Source of the DNA: Candidatus Poribacteria bacterium
Lineage (GTDB): Bacteria > Poribacteria > WGA-4E > UBA9662
Assembly (NCBI GenBank): GCA_036339735.1
Contig: JAYZAL010000030.1
Coordinates: forward strand, 1-46,781
Length of the DNA: 46,781 nt
Reading direction: 5' to 3'
Shown here: positions 38,905 to 46,781 of the stretch, piece after piece
Layout of the letters: every line of letters begins with the position of its first letter
Numbering within the stretch: the first letter of the stretch is position 1
Position numbers and translations under genes: made by a program
Notes under the pieces: model-generated
What the model was told of the DNA's origin: nothing
The model's database searches: none
The model's input: the letters and a program-made list of their open reading frames with translations, nothing else

Positions 38905-40175
38905 TAAAGTTTTTGGTAAATGGCCTGTTGCGGGACCGGCAGCGTAGCTTAATTCCCATTTTGGTTGTGACCATCGGCGTTTGTATCACCGTTTTTTTTC
39001 ATGCCTATCTCAGAGGCACCTTGGGCGAAATGATCGATTCTACTGCTCGTTTTCAAACAGGACATGTCAAGATAATGAGTCGGGCTTATGCTGAAAATTC
39101 AGATCAAAAGCCCAATGACTTATCACTAATTGGTGTTGGACAAATTACGGCTGATCTTCAGCAGAAGTACCCGAAGATGACTTGGGTACAACGCATTCAA
39201 TTTGGTGGATTATTAGACATACCCGATGCAAATGGTGAAACGCTGTCCCAAGGGCCTGTATTCGGCATAGGTGTTGACCTATTGTCACCCGGAAGCAGTG
39301 AAATCAAACTTTTGAATATTGAAAAAGCATTGGTTCGTGGTCGTTTACCTCAAAATTCAGGTGAGATTCTGATTAGTGATGAGCTAGCAGGAAAGCTAGG
39401 AGTAAAACCGGGTGGAAATTCAACCCTTTTTACTTCCACTATGTACGGCAGTATGGCAGTCTACAATTTTACTGTTGTGGGTACAGTTCGATTTGGATTT
39501 GCGGTTATGGATCGAGGAGCCATGATTGTCGACTTAGCCGATATTCGAAATGCAATGGATATGGAAGACGCTGCTGGGGAAATTCTAGGTTATATGCCAA
39601 ATAGAATCTACGATGATCAAAAAGCCACCATAATCGTAGATCAGTTTAACGCTAATCAGTCAGTTGTGAGTGATGACTTTGCACCAGTGATGGGTAAGTT
39701 GAAAGAGTTAAGCAATCTGTCTGATTACCTAGCTATGGCAGAATATCTGGGCTTAATATTAGTTTTTGTCTTTGTCTTTATCATGTCTATTGTTCTTTGG
39801 AATGTAGGTCTTTTGGGTGGATTGCGCCGATACGGGGAAATTGGGTTGCGTATAGCTATTGGTGAGCAAAAAGGTCACGTATATTGGTCTATGATTTATG
39901 AGTCGATATTTGTTGGACTGACGGGGTCTATTCTCGGTACCGTTTTTGGGTTGAGCGCATCCTATTGCTTGCAAGTGTGGGGCTGGGATATTAGCTCGAT
40001 GGTAAAAAATGTAACGATGATGTACCCTTCTGTTATTCGGGCTAAAATTACCAAAGAAACCTATTATATTGGTTTCTTTCCAGGCTTATTCTCAACAGTC
40101 TTTGGTACTGCTTTATCTGGAATTGGGATTTACAAGCGACAAACCGCACAACTATTCAAAGAGTTAGAAGTCTAA
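38901..40175 (+). CDS. FtsX/LolCE-like ABC permease
   Basis: Same topology; RYGEIGLRIAIG; ATGA overlap with the previous gene. Confidence 0.88.
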   Translation: MIKFLVNGLLRDRQRSLIPILVVTIGVCITVFFHAYLRGTLGEMIDSTARFQTGHVKIMSRAYAENSDQKPNDLSLIGVGQITADLQQKYPKMTWVQRIQFGGLLDIPDANGETLSQGPVFGIGVDLLSPGSSEIKLLNIEKALVRGRLPQNSGEILISDELAGKLGVKPGGNSTLFTSTMYGSMAVYNFTVVGTVRFGFAVMDRGAMIVDLADIRNAMDMEDAAGEILGYMPNRIYDDQKATIIVDQFNANQSVVSDDFAPVMGKLKELSNLSDYLAMAEYLGLILVFVFVFIMSIVLWNVGLLGGLRRYGEIGLRIAIGEQKGHVYWSMIYESIFVGLTGSILGTVFGLSASYCLQVWGWDISSMVKNVTMMYPSVIRAKITKETYYIGFFPGLFSTVFGTALSGIGIYKRQTAQLFKELEV

Positions 40176-40215
40176 TTGTGAGGTTGAAGATTCTCAAATA
40201 CTGAAGGATTTTGTT

Positions 40216-40953
40216 ATGAAGAAAATACTATTGGGACTAATGATTTTTTTACCGATTTCATTATGGAGTCAAATGCCCACCGGCAGAGAAATATTGATAA
40301 AGATAGATCAAAATACGATCGCTGGAAACCGTTGTGCCACATACACTATGGTTGTTCATGGCCGTCGACGGGATCGTACAATGTCAATTAAGACCTGGGT
40401 TGAAGGCTCAGAAAAATCTTTTAGTGAATACTTGGCACCAGCTCGCGAAAAAGGTACTAAAATGTTGAAGTTGGGGGACCAACTGTGGATGTACTCGCCT
40501 CAGTCGGATCGTATCATCCGCATCGCCGGCCATATGTTGCGTCAATCTATGATGGGATCTGATTTGTCTTATGAAGATATGATGGAAGACCGCAGTCTGA
40601 GGAAAACATACAACGCAGAAGTTGTGGGATCAGAAGATTTTCTTACAAAGGATTGCTGGGTTATAAAACTAACAGCGAAAGTCGAAGATATAGCTTATCA
40701 TTCTCGAAAAATATGGGTGGATAAAGAAAGTATGTTGGCTTTGCGGGAGGATCGTTTCGCCAAAGGTGGAAAATTACTAAAAACAGCTGAAATTCCGGAG
40801 GTCTTCCAAGTAAATCAGCGTTGGTATCCCAAGAGGATCGTCTTTAAAGATGTGTTATCTAAAGGAAAGGGTACTGAATTAATCGTTGATTCTATTGAAT
40901 TTGATGTGGAAATCCCCAAACATATTTTTTCGAAAGCGAGTCTTAGAAGATAG
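40216..40953 (+). CDS. Outer-membrane lipoprotein-sorting protein (LolA-like)
   Basis: Signal peptide; PAREKGTKMLK, LWMYSP, SMMGSDLSYED, IWVDK. Confidence 0.88.
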   Translation: MKKILLGLMIFLPISLWSQMPTGREILIKIDQNTIAGNRCATYTMVVHGRRRDRTMSIKTWVEGSEKSFSEYLAPAREKGTKMLKLGDQLWMYSPQSDRIIRIAGHMLRQSMMGSDLSYEDMMEDRSLRKTYNAEVVGSEDFLTKDCWVIKLTAKVEDIAYHSRKIWVDKESMLALREDRFAKGGKLLKTAEIPEVFQVNQRWYPKRIVFKDVLSKGKGTELIVDSIEFDVEIPKHIFSKASLRR

Positions 40954-41122
40954 ACTAGATGGCTATATACTATGAATCAATCTTTTTGTTAATAGTATGT
41001 GTTTTATAAATTAACTTTGTTACTTCATGATTTGGGTAACTCCCAAGTTTCTCACAATAATTTTGATTTAGAATTGTTGTTTAGTGGAATCTGATTTTAA
41101 GCCATCATCTATTCGGAACAAT

Positions 41123-41179
41123 GGTTCAAAGGAAAAATGAGCAATTGCCACTAATCTCCACAGGTTTTTCCTTTGAACC
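41123..41179. repeat. Perfect 15-bp inverted repeat with a 27-nt spacer
   Basis: GGTTCAAAGGAAAAA (41123-41137) and TTTTTCCTTTGAACC (41165-41179). Confidence 0.85.
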
Positions 41180-41270
41180 CTAAAGCAAAATTGTCTCAAA
41201 TTTACGATAAATTATAGAACTGTACATCAATCAATACTGAGATATTCCTTTGGGAGGGCTTAATAAGAAA

Positions 41271-41609
41271 ATGATTGTAATTATGAATTCAAAAGTCACA
41301 TCAGAAGAAATTGAAATAGTTATTGAACAAATTAAGTCAATGGGATTAAAAGCCGAATCGTCCCCTAGTGAAAAACAGACGATTATCAGCATTACTGGAG
41401 ACAAAACTAAATTGGAAGATCTATCACTTGAATCAATGAAAGGAGTTGATTGTACGATACCTAGCCAAAATACAAAGAATAAACATTTTACATCTAAGCC
41501 TAACGCCTATGATTATTCAAGAGCAAGGCTGGAGAAAGCAAAATCGGGTAATAAATCAGGAAAGTCGGATGGTAATTGGACCGTGGGTTTCGGTGGTGGT
41601 GTTTTTTAA
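41271..41609 (+). CDS. Stand-alone ferredoxin-like (ACT-type) regulatory domain of type I-beta DAHP synthase, plus an unrelated low-complexity tail
   Basis: MIVIMNSKVTSEEIEIVIEQIKSMGLKAESSPSEKQTIISITGD...LESMKGVD matches the N-terminal FL domain pattern. No catalytic TIM barrel follows. Confidence 0.6.
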   Translation: MIVIMNSKVTSEEIEIVIEQIKSMGLKAESSPSEKQTIISITGDKTKLEDLSLESMKGVDCTIPSQNTKNKHFTSKPNAYDYSRARLEKAKSGNKSGKSDGNWTVGFGGGVF

Positions 41610-41877
41610 GGACCTTCTATAGCCCATTTCTCAAAATCCGACAATCAGAATCAATCGGCCAGATTAGGAAACAGTTATGATTATGGTCAATAAAGCTAAA
41701 AGCCCTTTATAAGTATTCTTGTAGGGATCCTTGCTCTTCCAATCTATTTACTTTTTAGGACTAGTTTCCAATTAACTAAATAACCTCATATTATCCTACC
41801 TAATCAACCCAACAACAAAGAATAGCTGATTCTGTTTAGCATTGGATAAATTAGGCAGGATTTTGGATAAGCAAGGA

Positions 41878-42651
41878 TTATTCTACCGTTTTGATCTTAC
41901 CCCAGATTGCAGTTAACTTATCTTTGGATTCTACGGTAAAAGGGTTGTCTACATCTTTGAAGTACTCAAAATGAGAAGTCAACGTACCTCCAGCAGCACG
42001 ACCAATTCCAGCATAAATACCAACTTCTAACGGGTCCTTCAGATCTGACTCGTATACACCAACCATCTTCCATTTATTGTTCTCTCTTATCTTATACCAG
42101 CTTTTAAATTTGTTTTTTGTACGTTGCATCCGCATATAAATTGGTATTATACCTTGCTTGACTGGTACATATGAAGCCACCTGACCAGCTAATCCAGGCT
42201 CACCATCTCTTTCTCGGGCCTGATATTGCAACACTGCGTTATTGCCATTATCCTGACCTCGTCCCCACAACTTCAGCGTCACCCAATCTCCTTCTCTGCC
42301 TTTATTGTCTTTAGTCGTTGGAGACAGAGCAACTATGCCCTGAACTGTTGAAATATCAGCATACTCACATATCATACTAGCTTCGACATGGAAATCACCA
42401 GAGTGTATTTGATACAGTCGGTTGGGGTTGTCGGCCCCCCAAAGATCCCGATTATGCTCACCTTCAATCGTTAGCCAGCCATCTTTAGTTTTACTAATAT
42501 CCCACTTCTCAGGCTCGTTGGACCACAACCAATTTGGATTTTGCAATTCGTTGCCATCAAATGGATCTCCTAATGAATCGGCTGCTTGAACTGAAATGCT
42601 GGAAGTGAACAATAAAAATGAAAGACAAAAGTATTTTATGAAATTTTTCAT
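41878..42651 (-). CDS. Secreted ConA-like (beta-xylosidase C-terminal/DUF1349-like) protein with the conserved C-terminal tail
   Basis: Signal peptide; DPFDGNELQNPNWLW, SGDFHVE, YMRMQR...FKSWY, EVGIYAG; tail TVESKDKLTAIWGKIK. Confidence 0.72.
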   Translation of the reverse strand: MKNFIKYFCLSFLLFTSSISVQAADSLGDPFDGNELQNPNWLWSNEPEKWDISKTKDGWLTIEGEHNRDLWGADNPNRLYQIHSGDFHVEASMICEYADISTVQGIVALSPTTKDNKGREGDWVTLKLWGRGQDNGNNAVLQYQARERDGEPGLAGQVASYVPVKQGIIPIYMRMQRTKNKFKSWYKIRENNKWKMVGVYESDLKDPLEVGIYAGIGRAAGGTLTSHFEYFKDVDNPFTVESKDKLTAIWGKIKTVE

Positions 42652-42876
42652 ATAATCTAACCCACTAATTTCGAAAATTAACTAACGGAAGCTAATTTAT
42701 CCATATCCTGATACTAATTTTCAAGATGAAGTGTATTCGATAAACTAATTACTAAGTAAATAGTAGAAATTAGTGACCAAGGACTACTGAGGTTAAGGTC
42801 CAACCTAAGAAGCCAATAGAGATAAAAAGCCACCATTCCAAAGAACAGTGGCTGCGGATGGATGATTGGTTGGTTT

Positions 42877-43602
42877 CTATTTCAGTTGTTGATATTTAAC
42901 TTGGCCTGGTGTGGTGGAACGTCGTTTCCCTTTTCCTCTCAAGCCTTTCTTACCATCTCTTTCTTTCTGCGGTGCTTCTATGCCAAACCCTTTTAACATG
43001 CTATGGATCTGCTTTCGTATTTCTCGACGGTCAGTGCCTGCTTCCCGCATCTCTTTAACCTTAGCATCTACTTGAGACTTCTGCTCTTCAGTTAGCTGCT
43101 TGAATGGATTCTGGCCTTTGCTTCTCCCTTTTCCTCTTCGCTGGCTAGTATCAATACCAAAGCCTTCTAACATGGTACCCATTTGCTGGCGGATTTCACG
43201 GCGGTCAGCACCAGCTTCACGCATCTCTTTGACTTTGGCATCTATTTGAGATTTTTGTTCTTCTGTTAATTGGTCAAATGGATTGCGACCTTGTTCTCTT
43301 TTTTTACCTTTTCGTTGGGCAGGATCAACACCAAAGCCTTTCATCATTTGGTCAACTGTTTGTTTGATGGCCTCAGGTGTGGCCTCAGCTTCTTTCATTT
43401 GACTGACTTTAGTTTTAATAGTTTCCCGCTGTTCAGCTGTCAGTTGAGAGTGTTTTTTACCTTTAGATTTTTTGAATTGATGACGCTTGGTTTTGGTTTC
43501 CTGACCACGAGGGTGTCCATCTCGACCTCTGGCTTCAGCTAAGGGAGAGATTGTTAGGATGACGGTCAATAAGGCTAGGAATAAGTTCAATTTGCGAAAC
43601 AT
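42877..43602 (-). CDS. Secreted helical repeat protein (three ~57-aa QLTxEQ repeats, Spy/CpxP-like); start revised to MFRKLN
   Basis: GAGG RBS before ATG 43602; signal peptide (PLAEA); repeats QLT(A/E)EQ...K(V)..M.EA......I......M..GFG(V/I). Confidence 0.75.
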   Translation of the reverse strand: MFRKLNLFLALLTVILTISPLAEARGRDGHPRGQETKTKRHQFKKSKGKKHSQLTAEQRETIKTKVSQMKEAEATPEAIKQTVDQMMKGFGVDPAQRKGKKREQGRNPFDQLTEEQKSQIDAKVKEMREAGADRREIRQQMGTMLEGFGIDTSQRRGKGRSKGQNPFKQLTEEQKSQVDAKVKEMREAGTDRREIRKQIHSMLKGFGIEAPQKERDGKKGLRGKGKRRSTTPGQVKYQQLK

Positions 43603-43755
43603 AGTTTGATACCTCAATCGTATTTTTTGATCTTTACTTGGTCTGCGTTAGATAAGACACTGAGTTAATCGAAAGGTTCGAAAAAAATAAAAAGGGAAGA
43701 CTGAAGGATCGTGTCGAGAGGATTCTCGACGATCTTCGATCAAGAGGCAATAACC

Positions 43756-43795
43756 TGAACAATGTCCGATAATTTATATTATCAGACATTATTCA
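43756..43795. other. Symmetric dif/Xer-like 11-6-11 site within a 17-bp imperfect inverted repeat
   Basis: ATGTCCGATAA-TTTATA-TTATCAGACAT (43762-43789). Confidence 0.45.
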
Positions 43796-43981
43796 ACTCT
43801 CTTCTTTCTTCTCTTTACAACCTGTAAAATTCTTGCTATATTCCGTCAACCTATAACTGCATAAAAGATGAAGAACAACGAACTTAGTTATTTAACTCGT
43901 ATCTGTTTTTAACAGAATCGTTCAAGTTCAAAAGTTTTATAATCTGGATTCATCCGCTTTAGTATCGGAAAGGAAAAAATA

Positions 43982-44911
43982 ATGCCGCTTGCACCCGAAT
44001 ATGTAATGATGTTCGAACAGCTCGAGGAATCTTCATCTGCGGCATCTCGTATTTCTGAAATGACACCGGCAGAGGTACGTGAAATGTATCGTACGATGCG
44101 TCCAGTTAATCCAGATCTTCCGATCTATAGCATTCGACACGAGACTATTTTCGGACCGCTCGGCGATATTCCCCTTCGTATATATACCCCAGAAGGTAGT
44201 GGACCATTCGGCGTTCTCGTCTATTTCCACGGTGGGGGGTGGGTAATTGGCGATCTTGACACGTGTGATTCCGTATGTAGGGAAATCTCCACTATTGGAA
44301 ATCTCGTCGTAGTATCAGTTGACTACAGGCTTGCGCCGGAGCATTTATATCCAGCAGCAGGTGAAGATTGTTATGCGGCAATTGAGTGGGCTGCGGCGAA
44401 TGGGGACATTCTCAAATCAAACGGGAAACTGGGTGTCGCCGGAGAAAGCGCCGGTGGGAATCTCTCTGCAGTGGTCTCCCAGAAAGCCAGAGATAACAGT
44501 GGTCCGACTATCGATTTTCAATGTCTCCTTTATCCTGTTGTCGATCATGATATGACACGTCCTTCATATGAGGAGAACGGCGAAGGCTATCTTTTAGAAA
44601 CCGAGTCGATGCTGTGGTTTTGGGATAAATATTGCCCAGATAAAGCCAAGCGCGACGAACCTGGTGCATCGCCACTCAGAGCAAAAAATCTCGCTAGCCT
44701 TCCACCAGCACTCATCGTAACCGCAGAATTTGATCCGCTACGTGATGAGGGAGAAGCTTATGCCGATGCAATAACCGATGCTGGCGGCGAAGCACGCACA
44801 GTTCGCTACGATGGATTAGTACATGATTTCTTCGCCACGGCGGCGCTCTTCGAATGTTCTCGTGGCCCATTTATCGAGACTGTAAAAGAAATTCAAAAGA
44901 GAATTGGATAA
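43982..44911 (+). CDS. Alpha/beta hydrolase, hormone-sensitive-lipase family esterase
   Basis: YFHGGGW, VDYRLAPEH, GESAGG, FDPLRDEG, HDF. AAGGA RBS. Confidence 0.93.
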   Translation: MPLAPEYVMMFEQLEESSSAASRISEMTPAEVREMYRTMRPVNPDLPIYSIRHETIFGPLGDIPLRIYTPEGSGPFGVLVYFHGGGWVIGDLDTCDSVCREISTIGNLVVVSVDYRLAPEHLYPAAGEDCYAAIEWAAANGDILKSNGKLGVAGESAGGNLSAVVSQKARDNSGPTIDFQCLLYPVVDHDMTRPSYEENGEGYLLETESMLWFWDKYCPDKAKRDEPGASPLRAKNLASLPPALIVTAEFDPLRDEGEAYADAITDAGGEARTVRYDGLVHDFFATAALFECSRGPFIETVKEIQKRIG

Positions 44912-45093
44912 AAGCTACTATCCTCTGCATTCCTTCGTTAGATAGCCCAATAACCGTTAATAGCTAAATTAAAAGCTGTATTCGCCGCCAATTAGCCTTG
45001 TTGGTTTTCTTAAGTAAAAGTCTTAATTCGCTCCTATTTCCGTCGACGTTCCTCCATTCATTACTTGTGTCTATCAGCGTGTTTCAAATTAAG

Positions 45094-45912
45094 CTATTGT
45101 CGTCCTAACTTTAAGGTTGCCCACGCAGTTGCAAGTCTATCTTCAGGCTCAACGATTAAGCCGAGAACTGAGGATAGCCCGGGGGCTATCAGTGTTTGAA
45201 TCTCAGCCTTCCCTAGTGCAACGTTAAACAGGGCAAGGTCATCGATAATCCCTTTGTAAAAATTAGACGGATTACCACCTTGAAAACGAGCTCCAACCAG
45301 TACTGGCGTGGCTGCATCTTTATTTTGTCCTACCCTTGGTTGTTGGCCAGATATTTCACCATTGACATACACCTTCATCTCTGACCCATCATAAGTAGCC
45401 GTGATATGAGAAAACTTGTCTTTCGGTGGTACGATTTGATCGGCAAATAATCCCCACGGAGCCACTTCCCGGTGGAACACAACATTACCTCCTCCCAGAA
45501 CTTCGAGAATATATGCACCGATCACCCCACCGTTGAATTTCCCGATAATTGTGCCACCAGGCTGAGGGTTGACCCACACCGAAATAGTGAATGGCTCGAC
45601 ATCACCAAAGTGTAGGTCTGGCGCAGAATTTTCCAGCTCTACATAATTCCCACCGTCGAATTCTAATGCTTGTCCTGACTGTCCTTTAACCCATTTTGGC
45701 CCTTTCTCCAGTTTCCCGTGATGTTGGCCGCCGGATAAATCCTCGGCCACTTTGCCCTTTCCTTCATCAAAAAGCCATGCTCCTACAATTGTATCGGGAT
45801 CAATTTGAGCATGGCCTGAATTAGTCACAAACATAACCGTATAAACTAACGAAATATAAAAAGCTATTACCACCATAGTCTGTCTGTCTAGGCTCATGTT
45901 GATTGTCCTCAC
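45094..45912 (-). CDS. Secreted LamG-like jellyroll protein with the conserved C-terminal tail
   Basis: IDPDTIVGAWLFDEGKG, ALEFDG, FTISVWV, VYVNG, GIIDDLALFNVAL; tail IVEPEDRLATAWATLK. Confidence 0.88.
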   Translation of the reverse strand: MRTINMSLDRQTMVVIAFYISLVYTVMFVTNSGHAQIDPDTIVGAWLFDEGKGKVAEDLSGGQHHGKLEKGPKWVKGQSGQALEFDGGNYVELENSAPDLHFGDVEPFTISVWVNPQPGGTIIGKFNGGVIGAYILEVLGGGNVVFHREVAPWGLFADQIVPPKDKFSHITATYDGSEMKVYVNGEISGQQPRVGQNKDAATPVLVGARFQGGNPSNFYKGIIDDLALFNVALGKAEIQTLIAPGLSSVLGLIVEPEDRLATAWATLKLGRQ

Positions 45913-46601
45913 AATTTGATAAATATCATAAAAATTTAAGTTTTGATATTGAAAAGTTAACTAGATTAGGTTTATTAATCCAGACGCTCACAACGTATAC
46001 AATGGAGAACCGCCCTTCTCATCTATGAAAGAAGAAGTCATATACCAATTATATACTTTGATTTAGACTAATTTCAAAAATTGATTGTCTAAAAGTTTGG
46101 GGGAGAAAAATATAAAAAATCGGCAATTAGATGAATGCGGGAGACATTATAAATCTAACAAGCCTAAGAAACAGTAATAAGTTGACTCAAGACCCACCGC
46201 GAAAAACTTTGTATTGATGTTCAAAAACCTTAATTCTTGGTCATTGGTTCACCAAATTGAGTAAACGTCTTTTCTTCCTTGTATTCGGCAAGTTTATAAG
46301 ATTTATCACTGTCATATCAATGCAATCCTGTACCACAAACGGTCGTCTTTTACACAAAGTATGTGATGTGAAGGACATATTAATAATGTCCGTCGACAGC
46401 AATTATCGGACCGAAACCTTCCCAATAATCAGCCAAAATCTCCAGTTTGTTCTAGTACTTCTGTCGAATGGCCACGAGCCCGATTCCTTCTGCCGATTTT
46501 TGTACCTCTACTAACAAAATCAAGCTCGCTATTCCTTGATTAATATAAATTAATTTGATAGAGTCCGAGCTGGAAAAAGAATTTACAGGGAGAGTTCATT
46601 G

Positions 46602-46781
46602 ATGAATAACTTTTGGAAATTTGCTGCCTTGGTTTTTTTGGTATTACTCTTGAGTCCATACTTTGTATTTGCTCTAAGAATCGAATTCGATGACCCAAAA
46701 GATATCAAGGATTGGGAACTTGGACCAGGTGCCACGGCCGAGGTCTCCAACGGTCAACTCGAGTTGAAGGTCGGGGGACAG
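46602..46781 (+). CDS. Secreted protein, 3'-truncated by the window edge
   Basis: AGGGAG RBS; MNNFWKFAALVFLVLLLSPYFVFA-LRIEFDDPKDIKDWELGPG... is open to the end of the window. Confidence 0.65.
   Translation, partial: MNNFWKFAALVFLVLLLSPYFVFALRIEFDDPKDIKDWELGPGATAEVSNGQLELKVGGQ

Noticed and set aside
42786-42796. ACTGAGGTTAA shared with the 9392 palindrome
   Set aside because: The 11-nt match lacks the second half-site and is compatible with chance.
181-44555. Numerous 60-135-aa ORFs nested in or antisense to longer genes
   Set aside because: They are shadow ORFs overlapping well-supported genes and carry no motifs.
44940-44975. Second dif-like site downstream of the esterase
   Set aside because: The match is poor (ATAA-N6-ATAG, no arm symmetry).
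46257-46540. 85-aa + strand ORF, or a minus-strand frame with internal stops
   Set aside because: No RBS or recognisable family. It could be a pseudogene but this is unsupported.

Overview
AT-rich bacterial chromosomal window, probably from Ca. Poribacteria or a close FCB-type relative. This is inferred from LamG/ConA-type secreted proteins sharing a short 'V(D/E)xxxKLxxxWxxxK' C-terminal tail, a dockerin plus 'ANYPNPFNPETWIPF' C-terminal-domain protein, three PhyH dioxygenases and a sulfatase. The left ~17.5 kb looks like a light/photo-oxidative-stress island. It contains the 3' part of a CarH/LitR-type B12 photoreceptor-repressor, a GAF protein, and an extra RpoD/RpoS-like sigma factor. That sigma gene has a near-consensus promoter studded with TAGACA/TGTCTA boxes and a ~106-bp inverted copy of its own region 2.3-2.4 lying upstream. 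The island continues with a giant secreted metallopeptidase-like protein, DUF393 and SOUL genes, and a ufaD/ufaO/ufaM-like (furan/cyclopropane fatty acid) operon. The rest is catabolic and envelope genes: AKR, Hyi-like, PhyH x3, serine hydrolase, D-TA, enolase-family dehydratase, sulfatase, HAD, M48 protease, a pentapeptide protein, a LolCDE/MacB-like ABC with a LolA-like partner, and an HSL esterase. No rRNA, tRNA, CRISPR array or transposase was recognised. The top candidates for something new are (1) the sigma gene with its upstream inverted self-copy (antisense RNA or invertible switch) in a CarH context and (2) the shared Trp/Lys C-terminal tail, a putative sorting signal. All family calls come from motif recognition by eye, not database searches.
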